Shown one piece after another: positions 53,181 to 63,420 of a stretch of 64,000 bases of DNA. The notes beneath the pieces were generated by a model that was not told the origin of the DNA, searched no databases, and saw nothing but the letters and a program-made list of their open reading frames with translations. Origin of the DNA: Magallana gigas (taxonomy: Eukaryota). The translations under genes and the position numbers were made by a program. Each line of letters starts with the position of its first letter. The first letter of the stretch is position 1. The stretch covers positions 13,082,001 through 13,146,000 of the forward strand of contig NC_088855.1 of the NCBI RefSeq assembly GCF_963853765.1. Direction: 5' to 3'.

Positions 53181-54494
53181 AGAAGGATTTAGTAGAATAC
53201 CTTCATGAGATCTGTCACAGATTTCTAATCGACTTTTTAATCGAAAAAATTCACAGGATCGAAAACAGATTTCTTATTTACAGAGATTCATGATGGGAAA
53301 TGTTGACATCTTTTCTCCATTCGGAAGTACACTCAGAAGACCTCGAACGATTTTTCAACGTTACCATCCGGGTCTGTTGCATTGCAAAACCCCGTAGACG
53401 TCTTTATTTTAGCCGTGTATTGAAACCTGATAAGCGAAAGAGGACGTTCTAAAGAAGAGATCTTGTAAAATTTGCATACTCCTGAATGAAGATCGCTTGA
53501 ACCCTGAGGAATATAAAAATATCAGCAAAATGTGAATCGCGGATATTTTCAGACAGAGTTTAGTAGTAAATGCATTTACTGTTAATTTTGAGAAAATCAT
53601 ATATTTTCTGAATATTAAGATAACCTCATATTAAAAATCTTTAAACTTACATAAAGTATATCTTTTTTAGCATGATTAACAGATTTATCAAGTAAATAAC
53701 AATAGATAAGATTTACCGTTTTTCGTTTCGTTCCGCTTTCCGTTCAAGTTTTCTGTTCCGCGTTTTAGCAACCCGTATTTTCATACCAATAAATAAACTT
53801 CATTCTCATTGGCTGATAGATTTCAGGTAGTTCAGTGGGACAGATCGATATACATGTATATTGATTTTCTTCTATTGTTTAGTAAGTGTATAAAAGGACA
53901 GTCTTGTCCCATTTTTCAATGAGTTGTCCGGCAGAACACTCCAGCAGATATAGTCTAGTCAATCTGTCAAAATTTCAGCAAAACTTCAAGAAAATTGCTA
54001 CAAAGCTAATTACCGCTGAAATCAAAGGTGTTTTAGTGATATTGGTTAACTAGTACTTAGAACTATTCCTAAAGTAAAGTCTATTTCTAAATTCGTTCAA
54101 AACTTCTTTGTATTTTCTAAACCAGTTTTTAGTTGATAAAATATCATTTTTTAATTATTTTTTTTTTTATTTGATAAAATAAATCAGAATAAGAATATTT
54201 TTTGACAGAGTTTATATTCCTAGTGTATTAATATTTTTGGAGTATTTTTCCACTTTTTGAGACTTAGGCATATTTATTAATATTCCTGAAAAATATTTAT
54301 TTCCAACCTTTCCCCTGAATTTTTTAAACTTATATTTCTGGCTAATATTCAGATTTTCTGATTTTTGTTTATTTACAAATTATTCATATGTTGAGAATAT
54401 TATTCAAATACTTCAAATTTTGAGTTTTTCATTTACAACTCATATTATCGCCATAGCTGTTTTCTCATATTGTCATTGTTTATCTTTTCACGTT

Positions 54495-55745
54495 TCATTT
54501 TGTAAGATAAACCATTAATTTTCAATCAGTCTTCTGTTGTCACTCTCTACCAAAGCATATCCAGATATTCGAACTGTAGCCTGTAAGGAAGTCATTGTTC
54601 TAGCACATAGCTAGTGGACAATCTGTGACACGGCCATATGAACAGCAGATTGTGTAATGGTTTGCAGGAGCGTGCACTCCCTTCCTTACGACAAATGTAT
54701 TACGACCACATGTTGGACCTATTAAATGAATGGTCCGATATTCTTAATTATGATATTATTTTGAAGGTTTTATCGGAAAAAAAATTTAAAAAAGAAGAAA
54801 TTTTTAAAATTTTGATTATAGTCCAATTGATTACACCTTGAATTTTGAATTGAAGTCAACGGGCAACGCTTGTTTTATTAATATATTATAAAAAAAATAC
54901 TTAAATTTCGTAAAACTCTCTTAGTTAATACATGCATAAACTTTCTCTTGATTAAAATATTAATAAAATGAATCATTTACTGCAGATATTTTGACAAAAT
55001 TAAAATGCTTTTTTCATTAAGGGTGGATAACTCTTTAGAAAAATTTAAGGTTCAAAATGACCGGCTTCTCATTTGTTGTCAGTCATGCGAATTTGATTCC
55101 ATTCAATTCCATTGCTATCTAACAATACATATTTTTAAACTAGTTTAAAAGTTTAAATTAGTTTAAAAAATGATTCAAAATTGTTCAATATTCCTTCATT
55201 ACACATTGAATACCTTAATGATATTTTATGCTATGTGATTTAAACAAAAAAGCCCCCATACACAGAAGAGTTCCACACATTTCGAAGTAAAATAATAAGA
55301 AGCGAAAGTTTACCACAAATCTCCGAAGAGAATTTTTTTTTTCAAATAAAAACATTGAAAAGAGTTAAAATAATGCTCTGTGCTATGGTATGGTATGCTA
55401 TGGTATGATATGATGAATGAGATTCTACGAGACTGTATGCTATGGTATGAGATTCCAATGCTATGCTATGCTATGATATTTCAATGCTATACTATGACAT
55501 TTCAATTCTATGCTATGCTATGGTGTAAGTTGTATAAGATATGCTTGAACTGACTGTACGGGGTAAATACTGTGTCGTTTTATAAGCAAGTGAATATTTC
55601 ATAGCCTGAACAGTTTTCCGGGTAAGAATGTCACCTGGATCAACTGTGACTAGTGATGAGTACGGAATAGATGGTTTGACAAAGGTTCTTGAAGTGTTCT
55701 AGTTACCAGCATGTCATGTCACGGGTTCAGGGTCTGTATAAGGAA
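54495..55745 (-). pseudogene. Possible decayed exons of a Cys-rich host gene
   Basis: After AG acceptors: ~54495-54720 GPTCGRNTFVVRKGVHAPANHYTICCSYGRVTDCPLAMC*NNDFLTGYSSN and ~55610-55745 DPEPVT*HAGN*NTSRTFVKPSIPYSSLVTVDPGD. Both look protein-like but contain stops; family not recognised. Confidence 0.3.
55380..55525. repeat. Degenerate (ATGCT/ATGGT)n pentanucleotide microsatellite
   Basis: tgctatggtatggtatgctatggtatgatatg...atgctatgctatgctatg. Confidence 0.8.
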
Positions 55746-55989
55746 CATAATTCAATTGTAAACTTAACGAACTTGACAGAAATGTTCGTCACATGTTGTA
55801 TCTCTGCCATTCAGTCAATTGAAATATGACTGAATGGTCACTGAATGGTGATTGAATTGCATAACTATGCCATTCAGTCACCTTTCCAGACCATTCAGTT
55901 ACCATTCAGTTGACTGTGCGTGCTTGCGTAGACTGACTAGGTTGCACTTTATGTTTTTTTATGCGGATCTTGGTTTCCACACTATGTAA

Positions 55990-56959
55990 TATCGGAAGCA
56001 CAACAAAGGAGCCGCGGGATGGTTTGGTTTCACAGCATGTAGACAGTCATGATCAAGTATATATTTCGAAACATCTACTTCGAAAAAGTCCCCAAGCCAA
56101 ACGCTTGTAGAGGCTACAGTACAGTGCACATGAGCTTTAGAGTCGCATTGACCAGTGAGTTCTGGGAGATAAGATCCATAAGTGTATATGGTGTAATCAC
56201 CAAACAGCTCCTGATGATTTTATGGTCGGACCGAAGTATCTTTTGACTCCATTAAAGGAATTCCCATAACGACATAAATATCAACTTTTTTTTATTACAA
56301 TAGAGTCTCTGAAAAAATGTAAGGTAGTCTCTCCTACAACTTCAAATGTTAGCAACTATCTGCTTGGTAGGCGGACCGGTTTGTGGAGGAGATCTTTCCA
56401 TTCAGGCTGGTGATGGTTGATGCTTTGATCGTATTGCCAATAGCTAGAGTCAAAAGTTCAGCGTACGTGGGTGTGCTGGTGGAAGACGTTCAAATACGGC
56501 AACTCTGATGGACACAAGGTTGCTAACACAAATAACGGTTGGCTCGAAGGTATGCGTCTCTTTCGTGTCCTCAATATCCGAGTCTGTGTCCGAAATATCC
56601 TGGATCTGTCTAGCTTTCGCTAAGCATTTGCGATCACTCTCAGGTAGAAAACGGCACTGTCGTGCCGTCCGTCGTTTTTTGATTCGGGGACCTGGTCGTC
56701 GTAATACTTGAATCTCGGTTAAGGTTAGTTTTCGACTTCTTCGTCAATTTTGCGCCATGTGATAGGTTCAGTGCAAAACTTAGGTCAAGGGATAACAAGT
56801 GAACAAAGTTCTGTTTCCAGTTTTGAAGGAATTAACTGTCTCTGTTTTAGAAATATACCACTGTTTTGTTGCCCAATGTGTATTAGCCATGTTCTCGAGA
56901 AGACGGATTAAAATAGCTCCTGCGACTACACCAAGCTTAATGGAACCACACCTAACGCG
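55990..56959 (-). mobile_element. Decayed piggyBac-like transposon 5' portion
   Basis: Broken minus-strand frames give an acidic N-terminus (ISDTDSDIED), then VMGIPLMESKD.., FSK*MFRNIY and ..CLHAV, reminiscent of piggyBac MGI..SIKDYW / MSRNRF..LH motifs. A TTAA lies at 56960-56963. Confidence 0.4.
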
Positions 56960-57055
56960 TTAAAAACTATGTCTAGTGAAGTTTATTCAACTCACAAAAA
57001 GTAAACACCAACTGAATACAGGTATGGTGCCTGAATAATGATGCACAGAATGTCA

Positions 57056-57152
57056 AACCCGATCGTAAATAGGTTTACTCTAAGACATGTGTTGGCGCTG
57101 CAAAAAACCCGATCGTAAATAGGTTTACTCTAAGGCATGTGTTGGTGCTGCA
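57056..57152. repeat. ~51-bp tandem duplication
   Basis: aaacccgatcgtaaataggtttactctaag.catgtgttgg.gctgcaa occurs twice. Confidence 0.85.
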
Positions 57153-57259
57153 ATTAATTTTATGTTGTAAAAAAATAAATGAATAAACTTTTGTATTACA
57201 AAATATACCAAGCTGATACGATTTTTTCTTAATTCCTAAATTATGTGTTTTCATTATAA

Positions 57260-57854
57260 TTACATCCCCCGCAAACGAAGTTTTGGGGGGTATATAGGAA
57301 TCACCTTGTCCGTCTGTCCGTCCGTCTGTGCAATCGTGTCCGGTCCATATCTTTCTTTTGGAGAAACATTGGAAGTTCTTACTTCACACAAAGATTGCTT
57401 ATGACCTAAGGGTGTGTCATGACCTTGACCCAAGGTCATTCGGGCAAGGTCAAGGTCACTGGCAGAAAAAATACAAAAATCGTGTCCGGTCCATATCTTT
57501 CTTATGGAGAATTATTGGAATTTCTTACTTCACACAAAGATTGCTTATGACGTAAGGATGTGTCATGACCTTGATCCAAGGTCATTTGGGCAAGGTCAAG
57601 GTCGTTTGGAAAAATAGTGCAAAATTGGTGTCCGGTCATTATCTTTCTTATGGAGAAGCATTGAATGTTCTTACTTCACAGAAATATTGCTTATGACCAA
57701 CAGTTTTAAAAAAAATAGAGCAGTTGTTATTTATAGAAAATGGATGGTGAAATAGATTCATCCAATATTTTCTATAATTGGAAAAATACACGCATTATGA
57801 ATTTTATCTTAGCGGGGAGTATCAATTGTGAGCTTGCTCACAGTACCTCTAGTT
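57260..57854 (+). mobile_element. pearl/Helentron-like element with 146-bp core repeats
   Basis: 5' hairpin ATCCCCCGC..GGGGGGTAT, (TCCG/TCTG) microsatellite, ~2.5 repeats starting at 57335, 57481 and 57627, subterminal GCGGGGAGTAT, 3' hairpin TGTGAGCTTGCTCACA, then CTCTAGTT. Confidence 0.8.
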
Positions 57855-58011
57855 TTAGGTGTGTTTTAATGTAAATCTGTTAGAAAAAGTAGTGACCCAG
57901 AGTATGCATGTGTTACTTTAAGCTTTTTTGACCCAGGCTAATGTTATGCAGGAAAAAAAACGGCGGATAATGCAAAAAGTGTTATATAAGGGAAACATTT
58001 GCAATTATTAT

Positions 58012-58349
58012 ACTTTCATGTTAAATACTGAAACCTGATTGGTTTGGACGCAGTTGATAATCCGTTCTATTTCCCGCAGCGTTAGCAACACACTTAGCAA
58101 CGGGTAACACAACGAATTGTTACATGCGCGTAAATTATGCGCGTACGGTTCGTCGTGGATTCGCGTCATTTCTATATAAAAGCAGTAAAAAAATCTCTAA
58201 AATTAATACATTCAGTATAATAAATAAAAAGTGCCTGTTTGAGAGAATAACATTTGAAATTGACACCCCTTGAAAACCATTGTCAACCTCCGCTTCGCGT
58301 CGGTTGACAATGGTTTCCTCGGGGTGTCAATTTCAACTGTTACCCTCCC
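58012..58349. mobile_element. Palindromic (Crypton-like) non-autonomous element
   Basis: ~130-bp hairpin at 58220-58348 (GTGCCTGTTTG..TTGAAATTGACACCCC..ACCATTGTCAACC / GGTTGACAATGGT..GGGGTGTCAATTTCAA..CAAACAGGCAC); second copy at 31194. Confidence 0.65.
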
Positions 58350-58499
58350 AAACAGGCACTATTTATATAGTGTAAGTACTAATATTTTTACCTAAACAAA
58401 ATACAAGACCTTGCATAATTATACAAAGTACCATGATTTCTTATGTAGATTACATAACCTTTTGATCCCACTATGAATCGACTCACTGAACCAATTATT

Positions 58500-59077
58500 C
58501 TTGTTTTATGATATAAAACATCTTGCTTATCAGAAGCATTTGACAGGACATAAATGTCATATCATTTTATAAAAAAATGGGATCAGAGGAGAAATACTTC
58601 AATGGATTGAAAACTATCTTACTGATATCAAAACGTTGCCATAAGGGGCTACTTTCCGGAATTGGAGGCATTAATGCTGGAGTTACTCAGAAACATGTAC
58701 TAGGGCCCTTCCTCTTTTTTATCTACATTAATGATAAAGTCAAAATCATAGGCAACTAAATTTAACTGCAAATGATATATTATTATTTGTACATGTACTT
58801 TTGTAGTTGCTGATGAGGATTAGAATGAAGTAAGTTATGAACAACTGAGTTTAAATAATCAAACAAATGGTCTGATCAGTGGTTATTAGTTTTTACCCTA
58901 AACAAAACTATAAATGTTAACTATTCTAGAAAACAAAAAAAAAACATTTTCAAGTCACACACTAAATGAAATATTGCCAAAAAATTATTATCACTTTGGA
59001 CTTAAATTAGGGGTGGTTAAATCATATATCAAATATTTATGTTAAACCATGCCAAAACTTCAGAATGCCACGCATTC
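58500..59077 (+). mobile_element. Decayed CR1/L2-type LINE RT, left part (split by the Kolobok element)
   Basis: Broken frames read LSEAFDR, GIRGEILQWIENYLTD and GINAGVTQKHVLGPFLFFIYIND. Confidence 0.8.
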
Positions 59078-59342
59078 TTAAAGGCCGGGGTCGACCTAGA
59101 TTTTCTGCCACCTGGTAGACAATTAAGCCTATAAGGGCAAAAAGGCGGGGCTATCTCCATCACTGTCAGTGATGCTGATAAGAGTAAACATTGCATGCGG
59201 CTGAGTCAGCTTTGTTTATACACTGGGGAAAACCCGATCTAAACACAGTGCAAGAAGACTCAATTAGAGTATTTCATATTGCAATTTATTCTGTATATAC
59301 ACAAAGGAAATATTATTCTAGCAGCCTGTAGACTGTAAACTG

Positions 59343-61016
59343 TTACCTATTATGAATTCTATTTCTTTTTCTAAAAGCAGATTTTACATATCTTTTCCAA
59401 ATATTTTCCCGAAAAATGAATGTGCATTTTTTGTAGTTTTTCTTTCCTTTAACACTTCGTGGCATTCTGTGATTTGGTTTCCAAATTGAAGTAAATTCTC
59501 TTTCAACATTTTCATTCCAGTGACAGACTGCTAAGTTTGTTCTAGCATTATACTGGGCATTTGAAAATGATATTCTTTTATCTTGGTAAACATTTACAAC
59601 ATTATTAAAACTTTCTACGTAAAATGTATCCTTACAAAGTCTGTAATCATGAGGATGCTTAAATATAACAGAATTTTTTATGACACCTAACAACAATTTC
59701 TCAGCTCTTGGATCTGTTATAACTTTTCTAGAAATTTCATAATTAGGGTCTTTTTTGCACCTTGATGATCCATGACAAGCTTGATGATTATTTTTGTAAT
59801 GTTCAACAATGTTGAGAAGAAGAGATTTCAATTTTTCCGGGTCTTCATCACAGTTTCTGATGGCCCAATGGAAATGTGTGGATATTGGTTCAACCTTGTC
59901 GTCTAATTGGGATGACCAGGTTTTTCCATCTAAATAAGCTGGTCCAGACGAAATTTTTTTCAGAGCTGCTTTCATGGACTTTACAGCATGCCATGTGTCA
60001 TTTTGGCTCTCTGAGTCGCACTCCTCACGAATAAATTTGTTAATTGACAAATTTCTGTCATGAGCATGGACTCCGATGTTGACCTCTTGATCTTTAAGAT
60101 GTTGGTAGATTTTAACTGTTCCCAGCTTTTCATGTCTCTGTGATATAACATCATCGGATTTGGTCACATGCTGACATGACAGTACTTTGTGAGACTTTTC
60201 TCCAATTGCCACAACACTTGTGTCTTTGGCATTTTTTCTCCATCCATGCCTGGCATCAGACATAATGTTGATGGTTCCAAGTTCTTCATTTTCATAGGCA
60301 GCCACTTCCTCTAGTGTTGCTGTATGTGTTGAATCATCATATTCCCTTTGTATATGATCTTTCATTTCATTGAAAAATTTTTGTCTACTTTGTTTGGAAA
60401 TCTTTCCAATTCCAGCTCCTTCAGTAAATCGAACATAATGTGATGGCAGCATACCACTACATGTGAATCCATGTTTAACTCTGTTGTTAACTAAGTATTC
60501 CTGATTTGGTAAATATGGAGAGGATGACCAAAGAAAACTGTGGTCATTTTGCTCATCACAGAAAAAATGTGTGGTAACAACGTGGCCTTTCTGGTGTATT
60601 TTTTTCACTTTCAGGTGTTTTTTACAGCGACTTCCATGGTGCTCAGCCACCTCTACAAGTCGTTTTATAGACTCCTCGGCACAAAGAAAAATTCTTTGAT
60701 TTACATCTTTTTTCTGTACCTTTATATACGTACTTGGTACACTCGGTTTTTCCTTTTCGGCAAGCTCATTTTCAGACTCCTTTGCCTTGTTAGACCACAG
60801 TTGAAACAGAGTTTCAATAACCTGTAAATTTCCGACAGGTTTGTTAAGTTTTGAACTTAGTTCACTCCTGATTCTTTGAAAACTTTCAAGCACACTTTGT
60901 TTTTGTCCATCATCTCCTGCAAACTCAATTCTAAAATTGGGATTTCTTTTTCTCTTTTTAACTGGACTTGCCATAATTACAGGATTGTTAAAATGGTACA
61001 TAGGCTTTTGTTTCAT
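59343..61016 (-). CDS. DDD/E transposase (Kolobok family)
   Basis: 557-aa intact ORF inside the TIRs; candidate catalytic motifs IMSDARHG, HAHDRN, QNDTWH, YVESFNN; C-terminal R..LAV.HWNEN; basic KKRKR (NLS-like); His/Cys cluster HYKNNHQACHGSSRC. Confidence 0.85.
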   Translation of the reverse strand: MKQKPMYHFNNPVIMASPVKKRKRNPNFRIEFAGDDGQKQSVLESFQRIRSELSSKLNKPVGNLQVIETLFQLWSNKAKESENELAEKEKPSVPSTYIKVQKKDVNQRIFLCAEESIKRLVEVAEHHGSRCKKHLKVKKIHQKGHVVTTHFFCDEQNDHSFLWSSSPYLPNQEYLVNNRVKHGFTCSGMLPSHYVRFTEGAGIGKISKQSRQKFFNEMKDHIQREYDDSTHTATLEEVAAYENEELGTINIMSDARHGWRKNAKDTSVVAIGEKSHKVLSCQHVTKSDDVISQRHEKLGTVKIYQHLKDQEVNIGVHAHDRNLSINKFIREECDSESQNDTWHAVKSMKAALKKISSGPAYLDGKTWSSQLDDKVEPISTHFHWAIRNCDEDPEKLKSLLLNIVEHYKNNHQACHGSSRCKKDPNYEISRKVITDPRAEKLLLGVIKNSVIFKHPHDYRLCKDTFYVESFNNVVNVYQDKRISFSNAQYNARTNLAVCHWNENVEREFTSIWKPNHRMPRSVKGKKNYKKCTFIFRENIWKRYVKSAFRKRNRIHNR

Positions 61017-61575
61017 GACTGGAGTATGCTATTTCTGAAGGGGGTTATGGGTGTTCATAAAATTATTAATTTGAAATAATCATTTGAATAAGAGAAATTT
61101 GTAAAAAGTGTTATAAATATGAAAGACAAGTGAAATCCTATTATTTCTGTATTGTGTTGCATCGCATATGAGTAAAAATTTAACGGTATCAATTATGATC
61201 ATTCTTACTTCATCAGATAATTTGACACCCCTGAAACAATAATGGTTAAAACCTGAAACTTGATCCTAGTACCATTTAGCAGAACCCCGCCAAAACTCCT
61301 GATCTATGATCATCTATAGCTAGGTGACATAATCAGGCTTTTAGAGGATGATCAGAGGCTCCTTAGGGATAATACAAATATAACTGTATATGATATCTAA
61401 GTAGATATGGGTTTCAAATTTGTAAAAAAAAATATAAGATATATTATAAGAACACTTTCAATTCGAGACAAAAAAACATATAAGAACTTTTAAAATTTGA
61501 TTTTGATAACAATCAATCATATTTGAATGCCCCTTTCTATGCCCACATTCATCCTGTGTTGGGATTTGGGCCAGT

Positions 61576-62133
61576 GTGAAAATGGAGGGAAATCAGCAAA
61601 TGTCGGAAGAAATGTCTGTGTTAGCAATAGAAGTATCAGAAACGCAAAGAGAAACCATTCGTCAGCTGTTTGCGCATAATGACTGGGAATTTAATGAAGT
61701 TCCTATTGAGGAAAACAGAAGTAATTGCCAGGCATTACAGGACACTGAAGAAAGTGACCCACATTTTGAGGAGTATGTGATAAATCAGGATCAGGAGGCT
61801 GAAAAATGTCAACATTGTTTGTGTAGTCCCTGTATCACTCTCGAGACCAACAGACAACTTTGGTGGTTAGTTGAATGTGAACAGCCAAACAGGAGCAATT
61901 CACACCGCCGAAAAGACAAATACAAACGTTTTTGGACAATGTTGTTGCACAGGAATGTATGGAGAGATCCGAGGTATTTAGATCGGAAAAGGAGAGCTCT
62001 GCAGAGAGACCCGCGTCATAGACATTACATCTACCACAGACGGGATATAATGCCAAAATGTGTTGTAGACTTAGTGAGAACTTGGTTACCAAATTTAAAT
62101 GACCAGCCATATCTGGGACATATGTGGGAGTGA
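61576..62133 (+). CDS. Small accessory protein, putative His-Me-finger (homing-type) nuclease as in KolobokP
   Basis: 185-aa intact ORF (first ATG at 61582) with CQHCLCSPC, N..RRK..YKRFW, HRRDIMPKCV..VR.WLPN and YLGHMWE motifs; divergent from the transposase and inside the same TIRs. The nuclease identity rests on recall of the KolobokP family, not a search. Confidence 0.7.
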   Translation: MKMEGNQQMSEEMSVLAIEVSETQRETIRQLFAHNDWEFNEVPIEENRSNCQALQDTEESDPHFEEYVINQDQEAEKCQHCLCSPCITLETNRQLWWLVECEQPNRSNSHRRKDKYKRFWTMLLHRNVWRDPRYLDRKRRALQRDPRHRHYIYHRRDIMPKCVVDLVRTWLPNLNDQPYLGHMWE

Positions 62134-62597
62134 TAACAGTTTTGATGTTTTAATAAATTTCATGAACTTTAGTAGTGTTTTGTGAAAGATTTTCAATCAA
62201 AGGGTATGTAAAATTAATAATATATATTAGATTAACAGTGAGATGAGTCATTCTGTTTAGCTCTTACTGAGCACATGGCTTCAGCCACTTCCTGTGTAAA
62301 CAAACACAAGCTAACTCCACCTACAATGTCAATCACTATTCTGGATTTCAAAATTTTGAGCTGCTTCAGAACTTTATGAGCTTAATACTCTTTTAATAAA
62401 TTTTAGTTAGACACAATTTTTACAGCCATTGTAGAGTGTCATGGTGGCAATTTCCACACCAAAAAGTAGAATTTATTACTCCCATATAATGCATATATTT
62501 TCAAATTAACCTCTCTGATATGAAAGCTGCAGAAAAAATTGAATTTCCCATTCATTTTGTGATTGGCTGCTATTTATACCCGGTCCCCGGCCTTTAA

Positions 62598-62880
62598 ACA
62601 TAATATAAATAGGAATTTATTAATTAAAATATTCTTATTCGTACTGTATTATAGTATGGTGATGTACTTTGGAACTACTGTACTGATGAACAAAGTTATG
62701 TATTAGAAAGTATACAGATTAAAGATGCACAAAAAATCCCTGGTCTTAGACAAAGCTCAACAAACCAATTTCTACACCAGGAGCTAGACTGGGAGCACTT
62801 CATAAACGTAAAGATAACTATTCATAAAGATAATTGTTTGAACTATTAAACAATTCATTCCCTGAATACCTATATATTGA
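62598..62880 (+). mobile_element. Decayed CR1/L2-type LINE, right part
   Basis: Continues the RT C-terminal region: ..YGDVL.., EQSYVLESIQIKDAQKIPGLRQ.., LHQELDWE, NN..PEYL. Confidence 0.7.
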
Positions 62881-63061
62881 AGAGGACTATGAATAGGGTT
62901 TTATAACGGTTGGACGCATCTGACGTCCTGATAAAGAGAAATCCGACTGTGATTTAAATTACAACTGTGTAAAAGAAACAGGGGAATGGAAAAGTAAATA
63001 GAAATCAGTGGACACTAGTGAGATAGAAACAAAGAATATGGAAAAACAGTAATGTATAAAA

Positions 63062-63420
63062 AACAAGAGCCCCATGGGCCACATCGCTCACCTGAGCAAA
63101 CATTGATAACTATTTTGACTTAAAACATTTGAAATAATAGAGAAATTTAATTTTTAGCATAGTTAAGTACTATAATTTTCTTATGTAAGATTAAATATTT
63201 TTTATAGAGGGGTGGGGATGAAAATAAATTGTGTCATTTAAATTAAAATGCATTACTGGTATGTTAATTCCAGCAGTTTTTTTTTTTGCACACATTTGAA
63301 GAGTAATGGTTCTTTAAAGATAAAATGTTCATGCAGCTGCTAAAATGTATATTAGTTTGAAATTTAGCACTTATTGTGGGCCGACTTTATCACCTGTAGT
63401 CATAATTTGAACAAGTTAAA
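63062..63420 (+). mobile_element. 5' part of a Helentron/pearl-like element
   Basis: AACAAGAGCCCATGGGCCACATCGCTCACCTGAGC, matching 16178. The right boundary is approximate. Confidence 0.5.

Larger units (their letters stand above)
59082..62593. mobile_element. Intact autonomous Kolobok-type (KolobokP-like) DNA transposon, 3512 bp
   Basis: TTAA|AGGCCGGGG(TCG) ... (GGT)CCCCGGCCT|TTAA; TSDs at 59078-59081 and 62594-62597. Two uninterrupted divergent ORFs. Removing the element restores the LINE frame R-I-L-K-H-N-I-N-R. Confidence 0.88.

Noticed and set aside
60540-61079. Plus-strand ORFs 60540-60827 and 60876-61079
   Set aside because: Antisense shadows of the transposase ORF with no independent motifs.
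61835-62110. Minus-strand 91-aa ORF
   Set aside because: Antisense shadow of the accessory ORF.
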